Origin: an uncultured Gammaproteobacteria bacterium
Lineage (GTDB): Bacteria > Pseudomonadota > Gammaproteobacteria > Arenicellales > CAJQKF01
Reading direction: 5' to 3'
NCBI GenBank assembly: GCA_905478855.1
Contig: CAJQKF010000023.1
Location: 110-64,109 of the forward strand
Length of the DNA stretch: 64,000 bases
The notes under the pieces are model-generated. The model made no database searches, was not told the DNA's origin, and worked only from the letters and a program-made list of their open reading frames with translations. A program made the position numbers and the translations under genes. Below, piece by piece: positions 41,339 through 51,666 of this stretch; the stretch's first letter is position 1, and every line of letters begins with the position of its first letter.

Positions 41339-43717
41339 TTATGTTCGTAGCTTGCCATCAAGTTGCTTCTCAACTGTTGTGAGAATACGACTAATGGCCT
41401 CCTCTATAGCCTGTTCCGTAAGATTGCTGGAAGATTCCTGTAAGGTCAAGGTGTATGACATACTTTTCTTGCCTTCCGGCACCCCTTTACCTCGATAAAC
41501 ATCAAATAATTCTATGTTTTTCAATCGTTTACCAGCACTTTGTGTAATCGCATTTAATAACTGTGACGCGACTACAGATTCATCTACTAAAATCGACAGG
41601 TCTCTAGTTGTTGAAGGAAACTTTGACAGCGAGTGGAATTCAGGGACGCGCGATTTCATGATTTCATTCACACGAATTTGAAAAGTGAACACCGCTTGCT
41701 CGATTCCAAGATCATTCAAAATATTCGGATGTATTGATCCAAGCCACCCTATTTCCATACCATTTCGTAGAATGGACGCGCTTTGTCCCGGATGCAAAGG
41801 AGCATGTGTAGCTTTCTCGAATGAAAACTCGTTTTCACACCCACTCAGTTGAAGCAATCCTTCTACATCACCTTTCATGTCGTAAAAGTCGATACTTTGG
41901 GAACCTGATTGCCAATTATCAAGATAATGTTTACCTGTGGTAACGCCGGCAATATAGTTAATTTCTTCGTAGTTTTTACCGTTTTTCAGGAAAACATGGC
42001 CACCTTCAAACAACCGTATTCGACGTTGTTGTCGACGATAATTGGTTGAAAGAGCATTTAGCAATCCTGGTAAAAGTGATACACGCATAACGGATAGCGA
42101 AGAAGAAATTGGGTTTTTCAAATCAATTCCCGTAACGTCTGGTGCTATACGCTTTTGTAATGAAGGATCTACAAAGCTATAGTTTATGGCCTCGTTATAA
42201 TCCCGATCGACGAGATAGAGCTTTAATCTGTCGATTGGAATATTAATCTCTTTACGTAAACCACGAGCAGGTTCGACGTTAGGCGGTATATCAGGAATGT
42301 TATCGTAACCGTATATTCGCGCAACTTCCTCTATTAAATCATGCTCGCCGGTTATGTCGGCCCGTCGGCTTGGTACAGAAACACGCCAGCTTTTACTGTT
42401 CGTTTTTACAGGCATTCCAAGTTTAGTGAAAATTCGCTCTACCTGTCTTTCCTGGATGGTAATGCCTAACATTAAAGCAAGTCGTTGCTTTCGGAGTGTA
42501 ATTTGATTGGTTGATCGTAGGAACTGTGCATGTTTTTGATCGACAACCGGTCCAGGTTTCCCGCCCGCCGCATCTACAAGTAGTTGAGTCGCCCTGTGTA
42601 TTGCTTCAACCTGTAATTCAGGGTCTACATGTCGTTCAAAACGATGGGAAGCATCGGTATGCATTCCCATCATTCGGGCTCGACCCGCTATTGCGTCTGC
42701 GTTAAAGCATGCAGATTCTAGAAGTATATTGGTTGTGGAATCGTTAATAGCAGAATCATTTCCACCCATAATACCGGCAAGAGCGATTGGTCCAGATTGG
42801 TCGGTGATGATTAGTGTGCCGGCGGGAATTTTTACATGTGAACCGTCTAGTAGATCCAGAAACTCGCCTGTTTGTGCATGCCGAACTCCTATGCCACCCC
42901 GTAACTTGTCTAAATCGAATGCATGCATTGGTTGACCAAGCTCTAGCATTACGTAATTGGTAATATCAACCGCCAGACTGATTGAGCGATGCCCTGCTTT
43001 ACGCAGGCGTTCACAAATCCAATCAGGGGTGCCGGCATCTAGATTAATTCCTTCAATTACACGACATGCATAACGAGGGCAATCTTCCGGTACTTTTATC
43101 TCAACGGTCGTCTTCAATTTTGAGACCGATTTTACTGGCTTAGTGACCTGCCTTTTAAGTGGAACATTTTGCAGTACTGAAACTTCAGTGGCTATGCCGA
43201 GCACCGATAAACAATCGCCTCTATTAGGTGTAAGTTCTATTTCTAAAACAGTATCTTCAAGCTTCAGGTATTCGTTTAGTGTGGTGCCGTTCTTCGCGGG
43301 CTTATCCAATTCCATAATCCCTGAGGTGTCTTCGCCGATGCCTAGCTCTGCAGCTGAGCACATCATTCCCGACGACACGAAGTCTCGAACCCGAGTTTTC
43401 GCGATTTTCATACCACCCGGTAATTCAGCACCAATTAATGCTACCGCTGTTTTTAAACCGATTTTAGCATTTGGCGCACCGCATACGATTTGTAAGGATC
43501 GAGTTCGACCAACATCAACCATGCAAATCTTAAGTTTGTCCGAACGAGGATGGGCATCAAGGCTGACGACCTGCCCCACCACAACTTTTGGAGAAATATC
43601 GGTATATTCTTCAATTGATGCGACTTCCAAACCTGCGAGGCTTAGCGAATCTGCCAAATCGGAGAATGGCACATCAATCTTTACCCAATCGCTCAGCCAG
43701 TTTTTGCTAACGTGCAT
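41339..43717 (-). CDS. pheT: Phenylalanine--tRNA ligase beta subunit
   Basis: 792 aa, beginning MHVSKNWLSDWV. It has the tRNA-binding, B3/4, B5 and FDX-ACB layout. Confidence 0.95.
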   Translation of the reverse strand: MHVSKNWLSDWVKIDVPFSDLADSLSLAGLEVASIEEYTDISPKVVVGQVVSLDAHPRSDKLKICMVDVGRTRSLQIVCGAPNAKIGLKTAVALIGAELPGGMKIAKTRVRDFVSSGMMCSAAELGIGEDTSGIMELDKPAKNGTTLNEYLKLEDTVLEIELTPNRGDCLSVLGIATEVSVLQNVPLKRQVTKPVKSVSKLKTTVEIKVPEDCPRYACRVIEGINLDAGTPDWICERLRKAGHRSISLAVDITNYVMLELGQPMHAFDLDKLRGGIGVRHAQTGEFLDLLDGSHVKIPAGTLIITDQSGPIALAGIMGGNDSAINDSTTNILLESACFNADAIAGRARMMGMHTDASHRFERHVDPELQVEAIHRATQLLVDAAGGKPGPVVDQKHAQFLRSTNQITLRKQRLALMLGITIQERQVERIFTKLGMPVKTNSKSWRVSVPSRRADITGEHDLIEEVARIYGYDNIPDIPPNVEPARGLRKEINIPIDRLKLYLVDRDYNEAINYSFVDPSLQKRIAPDVTGIDLKNPISSSLSVMRVSLLPGLLNALSTNYRRQQRRIRLFEGGHVFLKNGKNYEEINYIAGVTTGKHYLDNWQSGSQSIDFYDMKGDVEGLLQLSGCENEFSFEKATHAPLHPGQSASILRNGMEIGWLGSIHPNILNDLGIEQAVFTFQIRVNEIMKSRVPEFHSLSKFPSTTRDLSILVDESVVASQLLNAITQSAGKRLKNIELFDVYRGKGVPEGKKSMSYTLTLQESSSNLTEQAIEEAISRILTTVEKQLDGKLRT

Positions 43718-43733
43718 TTTCTATCTTCTCCGG

Positions 43734-44765
43734 TTATCGAAATTGAGCTAAAAATGCAGCGTCGTTTTCAAAAAACAAACGTAAATCGTCGACACCATAA
43801 CGAAGCATGGTTAGGCGCTCTACACCCATTCCGAAGGCGTAACCTGTGTATGTTTCGTAATCAACATTAACGTGTCTAAATACTTCAGGGTGAACCATCC
43901 CGCAGCCGAGGATTTCTATCCAACCTGTGTGACTACAAACGCGACAACCTTTTGCTTCACAGAATACACAACTGATATCAACTTCAGCTGAGGGCTCTGT
44001 AAACGGGAAATATGACGGTCTAAAACGAACTTTTAAATTTTTCTCAAAAAACTCCATGAGAAAATGCGTAAGCACGCCTTTTAAGTGACCGAAGTTTATG
44101 CCCTCGGCAACAGCCAGTCCCTCTACTTGATGGAACATAGGCGTATGAGTTATATCGGAGTCGCACCGGTATACCCGACCGGGTGCAATCACTTGAATAG
44201 GCGGCTTGTTGTCGATCATATATCGAATCTGCACAGGTGATGTATGCGTACGCAGTACATGATTCTCATCAACATAAAATGTATCGTGCATTGCTCGGGC
44301 GGGATGGTTTTCTGGAATGTTCAATGCTTCGAAATTATAGAAATCATGTTCGATTTCTGGTCCCTGAGCAACATCAAAACCAAGCGCCGAGAAAATGGCT
44401 TCCATACGTCTTATCGTACGTGTAACGGGATGTAAACTGCCTCGGGAAATATTGTGCCCTGGCAGTGTGACATCTATGTTTTCGCTGGCTAACTTGCTTT
44501 CAATGGCCTTAGCGAGCAGTACATCACTGCGTATCGATATCAACTCAGTTAGTTTTTGCTTGAGTAGGTTGACTGATTGACCAAAATCCCGCCGTTCGGA
44601 AACGGGCAACGTCGAGATTGTTTTTAACTGTTCAGTAACAAGGCCTTTTTTGCCTAGATAAATTACTCTGAGAGACTCCAGTTTTTCCGAATTTTCTGCG
44701 TTATTCACAGCATCGGTGGATTCCTTCTCGAGCACTTCCAAGGATTTTGATGCAGTAGCGGTCAC
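43734..44765 (-). CDS. pheS: Phenylalanine--tRNA ligase alpha subunit
   Basis: Carries the [10 protein letters not shown], class II core and FGMGVERL motifs. The ORF stays open to GTG 44846, but those first codons form the rplT-distal hairpin. The start is placed tentatively at GTG 44765 and is uncertain. Confidence 0.85.
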   Translation of the reverse strand: MTATASKSLEVLEKESTDAVNNAENSEKLESLRVIYLGKKGLVTEQLKTISTLPVSERRDFGQSVNLLKQKLTELISIRSDVLLAKAIESKLASENIDVTLPGHNISRGSLHPVTRTIRRMEAIFSALGFDVAQGPEIEHDFYNFEALNIPENHPARAMHDTFYVDENHVLRTHTSPVQIRYMIDNKPPIQVIAPGRVYRCDSDITHTPMFHQVEGLAVAEGINFGHLKGVLTHFLMEFFEKNLKVRFRPSYFPFTEPSAEVDISCVFCEAKGCRVCSHTGWIEILGCGMVHPEVFRHVNVDYETYTGYAFGMGVERLTMLRYGVDDLRLFFENDAAFLAQFR

Positions 44766-44823
44766 GATATCGAGTGTCTCATCAACTAGAGTTGCGATAT
44801 CTGGTGTATCGCTTTTTCGTAAA

Positions 44824-44846
44824 GTGCCTCTTGAAGAAAGAGGCAC
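44824..44846 (-). terminator. Hairpin (terminator/attenuator) between rplT and pheS
   Basis: A perfect 9-bp stem, GTGCCTCTT (44824-44832) / AAGAGGCAC (44838-44846), with a 5-nt loop. On the minus strand it is followed by UUUACGAAAAAG. Confidence 0.5.
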
Positions 44847-44877
44847 TGACTAGTGGTTTTTAGGCGGGAAACTGCTT

Positions 44878-45237
44878 TTAAGCAGCCAGAGCCTGTTTTG
44901 CCTGCTCGGCAATAGCGGAAAATGCTTCCTTGTTGTGTACCGCTAGATCTGCCAGTACTTTTCGATCTATTTCAATATCGGCTTTTAGTAGACCATTCAT
45001 CATGCGGCTGTAAGATAAGCCATTTTCTCGCGCAGCAGCATTAATACGAACAATCCAAAGCGCTCTAAATTGGCGTTTGCGCTGACGACGGTCGCGATAG
45101 GCATATTGACCAGCTTTAGCTACTGCTTGAGTGGCAACACGATAAACGTTCTTGCGAGCGCCGCGATAGCCTTTTGCTAGTTTAATTACTTTCTTATGGC
45201 GTGCATGTGCGGTAACACCGCGTTTTACTCTTGGCAT
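44878..45237 (-). CDS. rplT: 50S ribosomal protein L20
   Basis: 119 aa, beginning [17 protein letters not shown]. Confidence 0.97.
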   Translation of the reverse strand: MPRVKRGVTAHARHKKVIKLAKGYRGARKNVYRVATQAVAKAGQYAYRDRRQRKRQFRALWIVRINAAARENGLSYSRMMNGLLKADIEIDRKVLADLAVHNKEAFSAIAEQAKQALAA

Positions 45238-45252
45238 TTTTGCGGTCTCCGG

Positions 45253-45450
45253 TTAGCTGTAAGGAAGCATTCGTTTAATGGACTGGTGATCAGCTGCATC
45301 TACAATCAAACCGTGACGTAGGTGACGTTTCCGTTTCGTCGATTTTTTAGTCAGGATGTGATTTAAATACGCTTGTGATCGCTTGAATCGACCGCTCGCT
45401 GTCTTAGTAAACCGTTTGGCTGCGCCACGGTTTGTTTTCATCTTAGGCAT
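45253..45450 (-). CDS. rpmI: 50S ribosomal protein L35
   Basis: 65 aa, beginning [14 protein letters not shown]. Confidence 0.97.
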   Translation of the reverse strand: MPKMKTNRGAAKRFTKTASGRFKRSQAYLNHILTKKSTKRKRHLRHGLIVDAADHQSIKRMLPYS

Positions 45451-45531
45451 TACTTTATCTCATATATCAATATAGGCTAAATCAGGCGAATGCGGCCCGG
45501 TATTAGCATAGGCAGTAAAGGTATTACGCCG

Positions 45532-46065
45532 CTACTTCTTCAGCGGACCCAGCACCATTACCATTTGTCGACCTTCCATTTTTGGATATTGTTCTACAAC
45601 ACCATACTCTACAAGGTCTTTTTCAACACGCTTCAGCATCTCAGCACCTAGCTCTTGATGAGCCATTTCCCGTCCGCGAAAACGTAGTGTAACTTTAGTT
45701 TTGTTTCCTTCACTAAGGAACATAATCAGCTTTTTAAGCTTTACGCCATAATCACCAACATCGGTTCCTGGTCGAAACTTTACTTCTTTAACGACGATTT
45801 GTTTCTGTTTCTTTTTGGCCTCTTGCTTTTTCTTGCTGGCATCATAAAGAAACTTCCCGTAGTCCATAACCCGGCATACAGGTGGATCAGCATTTGGCGA
45901 TATTTCGACAAGATCAAACCCGTCGTCAGCAGCCATTTGCAAAGCTTTCTTCGTTTCAGTTATTCCGATCTGTTCGCCATTAATGCCGATCACTCGAATA
46001 CTTGGAGCGGTAATGTCTTCGTTTACCCGCTGCTGTTTGTCTTTTGCTATTTTGTTAATCCTCAA
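45532..46065 (-). CDS. infC: Translation initiation factor IF-3 (non-AUG start)
   Basis: Conserved core IRVIG..GEQ.G and [13 protein letters not shown]. There is no in-frame ATG before codon ~44. Candidate starts are TTG 46065, ATT 46059 and ATA 46050 (8 nt after GAGGA). Confidence 0.9.
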   Translation of the reverse strand: MRINKIAKDKQQRVNEDITAPSIRVIGINGEQIGITETKKALQMAADDGFDLVEISPNADPPVCRVMDYGKFLYDASKKKQEAKKKQKQIVVKEVKFRPGTDVGDYGVKLKKLIMFLSEGNKTKVTLRFRGREMAHQELGAEMLKRVEKDLVEYGVVEQYPKMEGRQMVMVLGPLKK

Positions 46066-46080
46066 ATAATGAAAGCCGTG

Positions 46081-47976
46081 TTACACCGTGGCATTGACGT
46101 GATGACTAAAGTCTTCAATTGTCATTGCTCCAAGGTCTTCACCTTCACGGGTACGCACGGCAACTTGTTGGTTTTCTACCTCACGATCACCGATTATCAA
46201 CTGATACGGAATACGTCGTAAAGTATGTTCCCTAATTTTATAGCCGATCTTTTCGTTTCTCAAGTCACTAAACGCCCTAATGCCCAGTTTTTTCAGCATT
46301 TTTTCCGCTTCTTGTGCCCAATCGGAGTGTTTATCCGTAATTGTCATTACAACGCACTGTCGCGGACTGAGCCAAGCGGGCAGTCGGCCTTCTGTATCTT
46401 CTATTAAAATCCCGATAAATCGTTCGAGAGAACCCAAAATTGCTCGGTGAATCATCACCGGAACTTGCTTCTCACCGGCTTCATCAATAAATTTTGCGCC
46501 CAAGCGTTCAGGCATAAAAAAGTCGAGCTGAATTGTTCCGCACTGCCAGGACCGACCTAGACTATCGCGTAATACAAATTCAATTTTTGGTCCGTAAAAC
46601 GCACCCTCACCCGGCTGTAATTTATATTTTATGCCTTTTTCGGTAAGAGCGGTTGCCAGTGATACCTCTGCTCTTTCCCAAAGTTCATCTTCGCCTACTC
46701 GTTTTTCTGGACGAGTTGACAGGGCTACATCAACATCGGTGAATCCAAAATCGGAGTAAACTCGATAGATTAGATCGATTAATGTAGCAACCTCGTCCTG
46801 CAATTGGACTTCACTGCAAAATACATGGGCATCATCCTGAGTAAATCGACGCACTCGAAACAAGCCGTGAAGTGTGCCCGAAGGTTCATTTCGATGAACT
46901 ACGCCAAATTCGCTGATCCGAATCGGTAAATCCCGATAGCTTTTTAATCCTTGATTGAATATCTGGATATGACCTGGGCAATTCATAGGTTTTATGGCGT
47001 ATTCACGATTCTCTACGCTGGTAGTGAAAATATTTTCCTGGAATTTATCCCAGTGCCCAGAACGTTCCCATAAAGAACGATCAAGAATTTGCGGCGTTTG
47101 CACTTCTTGATAATCATATTCCATGGTTATCCGATGCATATACGCTTGTACGATATTGAATAGCGTCCAGCCATCTTGATGCCAGAAAGCCATGCCCGGA
47201 GCCTCTTCCTGAAAATGAAAGAAATTCATTTGCTTGCCTAAGCGGCGATGATCACGTTTTTCAGCTTCTTCAATCCGCCTGATATAAGCCTTTAATGCTT
47301 TTTTATCCGACCATGCTGTGCCATAAATACGTTGCAGCATTTCATTGTTAGAATCACCGCGCCAGTAGGCTCCAGCAAGTTTGGTTAGTTTGAATACTCC
47401 AAGCTTGCCTGTGGATGGCACATGTGGTCCACGACATAGGTCAACAAAATCGCCTTGTCGATAGAGCGATATATCTTGATCTGATGGAATTGACGCAATA
47501 ATTTCGGCTTTATATTCTTCGCCCATGTCACGAAAGTAATCCACTGCTTGATCTCGCGGCATAACCTCGCGAGAAACAGCAAGGTCGGCTTTTACGATCG
47601 ACTCCATTTGTTTTTCTATATCTTTAAGATCTTTCTCAGTAAAACTGTCAGCATAAGAAAAGTCGTAATAGAAACCATCGTCAATTGTCGGACCAATAGT
47701 AACTTGTACCGTGGGAAACAATTGCTTTACGGCATGTGCCAATAGGTGAGCGGTTGAGTGTCGAATAACCTCTAAACCCTCATCATCACGAGCCGTAAAT
47801 AGCTTAATGTTGCAGTCGTTTTCTATCAGATAGGACAGATCCACCTGAACACCATCCACTTCCGCGGCAAGAGCGGCGCGAGCAAGTCCCGCACCAATGT
47901 TTTCGGCGACGGCAAGGACGGTTACAGGGTGGTCAAAACTTCGGCAAGAGCCGTCGGGTAGTTTAATTTCAGGCAT
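46081..47976 (-). CDS. thrS: Threonine--tRNA ligase
   Basis: 631 aa, beginning [10 protein letters not shown] (TGS domain), with HRDHRRLGK and class II motifs. Confidence 0.95.
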   Translation of the reverse strand: MPEIKLPDGSCRSFDHPVTVLAVAENIGAGLARAALAAEVDGVQVDLSYLIENDCNIKLFTARDDEGLEVIRHSTAHLLAHAVKQLFPTVQVTIGPTIDDGFYYDFSYADSFTEKDLKDIEKQMESIVKADLAVSREVMPRDQAVDYFRDMGEEYKAEIIASIPSDQDISLYRQGDFVDLCRGPHVPSTGKLGVFKLTKLAGAYWRGDSNNEMLQRIYGTAWSDKKALKAYIRRIEEAEKRDHRRLGKQMNFFHFQEEAPGMAFWHQDGWTLFNIVQAYMHRITMEYDYQEVQTPQILDRSLWERSGHWDKFQENIFTTSVENREYAIKPMNCPGHIQIFNQGLKSYRDLPIRISEFGVVHRNEPSGTLHGLFRVRRFTQDDAHVFCSEVQLQDEVATLIDLIYRVYSDFGFTDVDVALSTRPEKRVGEDELWERAEVSLATALTEKGIKYKLQPGEGAFYGPKIEFVLRDSLGRSWQCGTIQLDFFMPERLGAKFIDEAGEKQVPVMIHRAILGSLERFIGILIEDTEGRLPAWLSPRQCVVMTITDKHSDWAQEAEKMLKKLGIRAFSDLRNEKIGYKIREHTLRRIPYQLIIGDREVENQQVAVRTREGEDLGAMTIEDFSHHVNATV

Positions 47977-47990
47977 GATATGACGACAAA

Positions 47991-48007
47991 CCCCGGCCTA
48001 ACCGGGG
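47991..48007 (-). terminator. Hairpin between tRNA-Val and the thrS start codon
   Basis: CCCCGG (47991-47996) pairs with CCGGGG (48002-48007) across a 5-nt loop. On the minus strand it is followed by UUUGUCGUCAUAUC and then the thrS AUG. Confidence 0.5.
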
Positions 48008-48012
48008 AAAAT

Positions 48013-48087
48013 TGGTAGGCGCGAGTGGGATCGAACCACCGACCACTACCATGTCAAGGTAGTGCTCTACCACTGAGCTACGCGCCT
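48013..48087 (-). tRNA. tRNA-Val (anticodon GAC)
   Basis: Reverse-complement cloverleaf: AGGCGCG-TA-GCTC-AGTGGTA-GAGC-A-CTACC-TTGACAT-GGTAG-TGGTC-GGTGG-TTCGATC-CCACT-CGCGCCT-A-CCA. Confidence 0.9.
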
Positions 48088-48244
48088 AAGGGTTTTGTAT
48101 CCTGTCGAGTGACGCTCGACGGGCGCGAAAAGTATCACAAATCAAAGGTTTGAGGCAACTCCAAAATGTAAAAACTACGATTAGTTTGTCTATAGTTCTA
48201 CTTTGGTCTTAAAACATAGGGTTTAGTCTTTGAAACATGGGGTT

Positions 48245-50260
48245 TTAAGCGCTCAATAGGTAGCCACGTTTGAATTCATCAATTTCATCGCGAACATGGG
48301 CTGCCTGCTCAAATTCCAGGTCCTTGGCATAGGTGTGCATTTGTTGCTCCATTACTTTAATTTGTTTAGCGAACTGTGTGGCGTTCAGCGTGGTGACATC
48401 AACTCCTGTTGCTTGATTTCTTTTTCGCTCTCGCTTTTTCGTCGATGACATTGCGTTTTTACCGTATACGCCATCGATAAGATCCCTGATTTTTTTCTCC
48501 ACCCCTTTGGGTGTAATACCGTTGGCAACATTATGTGCAATCTGCAGTTCTCGGCGTCGAGCGGTTTCGGAAATTGCATATTTCATCGAGTCCGTTTCTC
48601 GATCAGCATAGAGTATGGCGGTTCCCTCTAAATTTCGTGCCGCGCGTCCAATGGTTTGTATGAGTGAACGTTTGGAACGTAAAAATCCTTCTTTGTCTGC
48701 ATCAAGGATGGCAACGAGTGAAACTTCCGGTATATCCAGGCCCTCGCGCAATAAGTTAATGCCAACCAGTACGTCAAATGTGCCGATGCGTAAATCACGC
48801 AAGATTTCCACGCGTTCGACCGTATCGATATCCGAATGTAAATAACGCACCTTTACGCCATTGTCATTGAGATAATCGCTTAGGTCTTCTGACATTCGTT
48901 TGGTTAAAGTGGTGACCAAAACACGCTCATGTTTGTCAACCCGTACTTTAATTTCGGACATTAAATCATCCACTTGGGAAACGGCTGGACGCACAAGCAC
49001 AGTTGGATCAATAAGTCCTGTCGGTCGAACAACCTGTTCGACCATTTCACTGCAATGCGCTTCTTCGTAGGCCCCGGGTGTAGCAGAGACGAAAAGCGTC
49101 TGTGGCATGAGGGCTTCAAATTCATCCATTCGAAGTGGTCGGTTGTCTAAAGCGGATGGTAGGCGAAAGCCGTATTCAACAAGATTCTCTTTACGAGACC
49201 TATCACCTTTGTACATGGCACCAATTTGCGGCACGGTAACGTGGCTTTCATCGATAAATAACAATGAGTTCTTCGGCAAGTAATCAATTAATGTTGGTGG
49301 TGCATCGCCTGGGTTTCGACCCGATAGATAGCGGGAATAATTTTCAATTCCGCTGCAATAGCCGAGTTCCTGCATCATTTCCAGGTCGTAAAGCGTTCTT
49401 TGCTCTAATCGCTGTGCCTCTAGCAAACGATTGTGCTGTCGCAAATCTTTTAGTCTATCGATTAACTCGGCCCGTATGTGTTTTGTGGCCTCGATAACCG
49501 TATCCCGAGGGGTAACATAATGCGATTTAGGGTAAATGGTCCAACGATTAATACGATCATTTTGTTCTCCCGTTAAAGGATCGAATTGGCTGAGTCTTTC
49601 TATTTCATCGCCAAAAAGTTCGATCCGGACGGCGTAACGATCCGACTCTGCTGGGAAAATATCAATAACGTCGCCACGCACACGAAATGTTCCGCGCTCG
49701 AGTACCATGTCATTGCGGGTATATTGAAGTTCTGCCAGCCTGCGCAGTAATTCCCTTTGTTCGAGTTCTCCACCCTCCCTGAGATGTAAAATCATTTTAT
49801 GATAGGAGTCTGGGTCACCAAGACCATAAATGGCTGAAACGGTGGCTACAATGATGGTATCAGTGCGTTCAAGTAAAGCCTTTGTTGCCGATAAGCGCAT
49901 TTGGTCGATGTGCTCATTGATTGATGCATCTTTTTCTATAAATGTATCGCTAGCCGGTACATAGGCTTCAGGTTGATAGTAATCATAGTAGGAAACAAAA
50001 TACTCGACTGAGTTCTTCGGGAAAAAGTCTCGGAATTCGGCGTATAACTGGGCTGCTAAGGTTTTGTTAGGCGCCATAACCAGTGTAGGCCGCTGTTCGT
50101 GGGCAATGATCTGAGCCATGGTATACGTTTTTCCTGAACCGGTTACCCCAAGGAGCGTTTGAAATGCTTCTCCATCATGAATTCCCGTGCACAAAGCTGA
50201 TATAGCCTGAGGCTGATCTCCAGCTGGCTGGTATTCACTGATTAGTTCAAAACCTTTCAT
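48245..50260 (-). CDS. uvrB: Excinuclease ABC subunit B
   Basis: 671 aa with Walker [13 protein letters not shown], helicase motifs and the C-terminal UVR motif. Confidence 0.95.
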   Translation of the reverse strand: MKGFELISEYQPAGDQPQAISALCTGIHDGEAFQTLLGVTGSGKTYTMAQIIAHEQRPTLVMAPNKTLAAQLYAEFRDFFPKNSVEYFVSYYDYYQPEAYVPASDTFIEKDASINEHIDQMRLSATKALLERTDTIIVATVSAIYGLGDPDSYHKMILHLREGGELEQRELLRRLAELQYTRNDMVLERGTFRVRGDVIDIFPAESDRYAVRIELFGDEIERLSQFDPLTGEQNDRINRWTIYPKSHYVTPRDTVIEATKHIRAELIDRLKDLRQHNRLLEAQRLEQRTLYDLEMMQELGYCSGIENYSRYLSGRNPGDAPPTLIDYLPKNSLLFIDESHVTVPQIGAMYKGDRSRKENLVEYGFRLPSALDNRPLRMDEFEALMPQTLFVSATPGAYEEAHCSEMVEQVVRPTGLIDPTVLVRPAVSQVDDLMSEIKVRVDKHERVLVTTLTKRMSEDLSDYLNDNGVKVRYLHSDIDTVERVEILRDLRIGTFDVLVGINLLREGLDIPEVSLVAILDADKEGFLRSKRSLIQTIGRAARNLEGTAILYADRETDSMKYAISETARRRELQIAHNVANGITPKGVEKKIRDLIDGVYGKNAMSSTKKRERKRNQATGVDVTTLNATQFAKQIKVMEQQMHTYAKDLEFEQAAHVRDEIDEFKRGYLLSA

Positions 50261-50492
50261 AGCGACTTATTTGATCCATGCTGCGCATTTATTTTATTCA
50301 ATATACTAAACCGTTTCATTTCGTTGAGTTTTGAGAAAAGACGGTCGTATTTTTGCATATACATGAATACTTGTGTCGTAGATTTCGGGGTAATTTCACA
50401 CAGTTAAGTTTGTCGATGTCGCACAGAAGCTATGTTGTATTCCCTAGACAATGCCCTCCCCTATTCTAAACATAGTTAAATCGGGAGTGAGC

Positions 50493-51065
50493 ATGATGGT
50501 TTACAAGGGAACTGTAAAATGTGCAAATTTACGGCAGACTGGTATCTCCCTGCTTGAGCTACTTATTACTTTACTAATTAGTATTGTAATCGGCGGGGCG
50601 GCGTTTCCCAATTTTTCTCTTTTTGTCTCGGCTAATTCTCTCGAAAACCGCGCGCAGGAGTTATTTATTGAATTACAGCATGGGCGGTATCATGCGATAT
50701 CCCATTCTGTAAATGTCATGCTCTGTCCCATAAAAGGCGATTCTTGCGGAGACGCTGTTGACTGGACTAGAGGTTGGATATTATTTGTTGATAAGGATAA
50801 AAATAAAAAATTCGATCCGGAAACTGAAGAACTGCTCAGCAAACGCTCATGGATAGCGAAAACGAATTCCGATTCCAATATGTCGTTGAGCTTTCGGAAA
50901 AATCAAGCGTATACGTATTTCAAACCGGACGGAACGGCATGGCCAAATGGCACGTTTCGCCTGTGTTCTAAGACACAACCATCGGCTTCGAATGCTGTCG
51001 TATTATCCATGAGCGGTCGCGCACGAATTGCATCTTCCAGTGAAGCAATACATAGATGTGGCTGA
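50493..51065 (+). CDS. fimT: GspH/FimT-family type IV minor pilin (intact)
   Basis: ATG 50493 follows GGGAG; the ORF stays open from 50451. It has prepilin motif RQTG|ISLLELLITLLISIV, a GspH-like body (...VMLCP..GDSCG) and SGRARI near the C-terminus. Confidence 0.75.
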   Translation: MMVYKGTVKCANLRQTGISLLELLITLLISIVIGGAAFPNFSLFVSANSLENRAQELFIELQHGRYHAISHSVNVMLCPIKGDSCGDAVDWTRGWILFVDKDKNKKFDPETEELLSKRSWIAKTNSDSNMSLSFRKNQAYTYFKPDGTAWPNGTFRLCSKTQPSASNAVVLSMSGRARIASSSEAIHRCG

Positions 51066-51143
51066 AAATTGTTTTATTTTGCAAAAAAGTTGCAAAATAC
51101 TCTTGACCGAATCGTACACTGACAGTAGGATTCGGCCTCCCAA

Positions 51144-51219
51144 TCCCCGGTAGCTCAGTTGGTAGAGCAGGTGACTGTTAATCACCTTGTCGGCAGTTCG
51201 AGTCTGTCCCGGGGAGCCA
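51144..51219 (+). tRNA. tRNA-Asn (anticodon GTT)
   Basis: Cloverleaf: TCCCCGG-TA-GCTC-AGTTGGTA-GAGC-A-GGTGA-CTGTTAA-TCACC-TTGTC-GGCAG-TTCGAGT-CTGTC-CCGGGGA-G-CCA. Confidence 0.9.
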
Positions 51220-51666
51220 AATAAGATGCTGAAAAATACATGCTTTTTAGCGAAAAAAGGACCAAGCAATGCTCGGGTCTTTTTTGTGGGGTAGCACCTC
51301 GGGTAATACTGGATGAAAAAGTCTTACGCTGAGGTCCTCAGGTGATTAATCAGGTTAGTCGCCATGACTATACTGTTATCCAAGTCGGCATTACCCCCTA
51401 CCCCAGTCAGTGTTTCCAACCAAGCATCGTAAGCGTAAACATCAGAGTTTGACGTGCCGCTGCTCTAATTTATTTCAACGGGATCAGGATTTGTTTCTCG
51501 AGATAACTAGCGCGGTTGATTAGAGCGCTAACGCTGGTTAAGAGGTTCTGGAACGCGACAGCCCCAACATTCGAGCAAGGGGTCTGACACGATGTGCGGG
51601 TATTAGCGGCGCGTCCAGTAAGTCGGTCTAAAGTACCGACTCAACTAGCCTAGACGCGCTAGAAAA

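Noticed and set aside
43143-43751. Long antisense or alternative-frame ORFs in the track: 43143-43751 in pheT, 45799-46221 in infC/thrS, 14899-15267 in pncB, 55055-55408 and 56080-56445 in the transporters, 12643-12963 in dgcA, 36913-37688 in the repeat gene
   Set aside because: All lie entirely inside strongly supported genes on the other strand or frame. They have low-complexity or biased composition and no start context. Those in the repeat gene simply mirror the tandem repeat.
51003-51269. 88-aa ORF on the minus strand
   Set aside because: It overlaps the complete tRNA-Asn gene and the fimT 3' end, so it is spurious.
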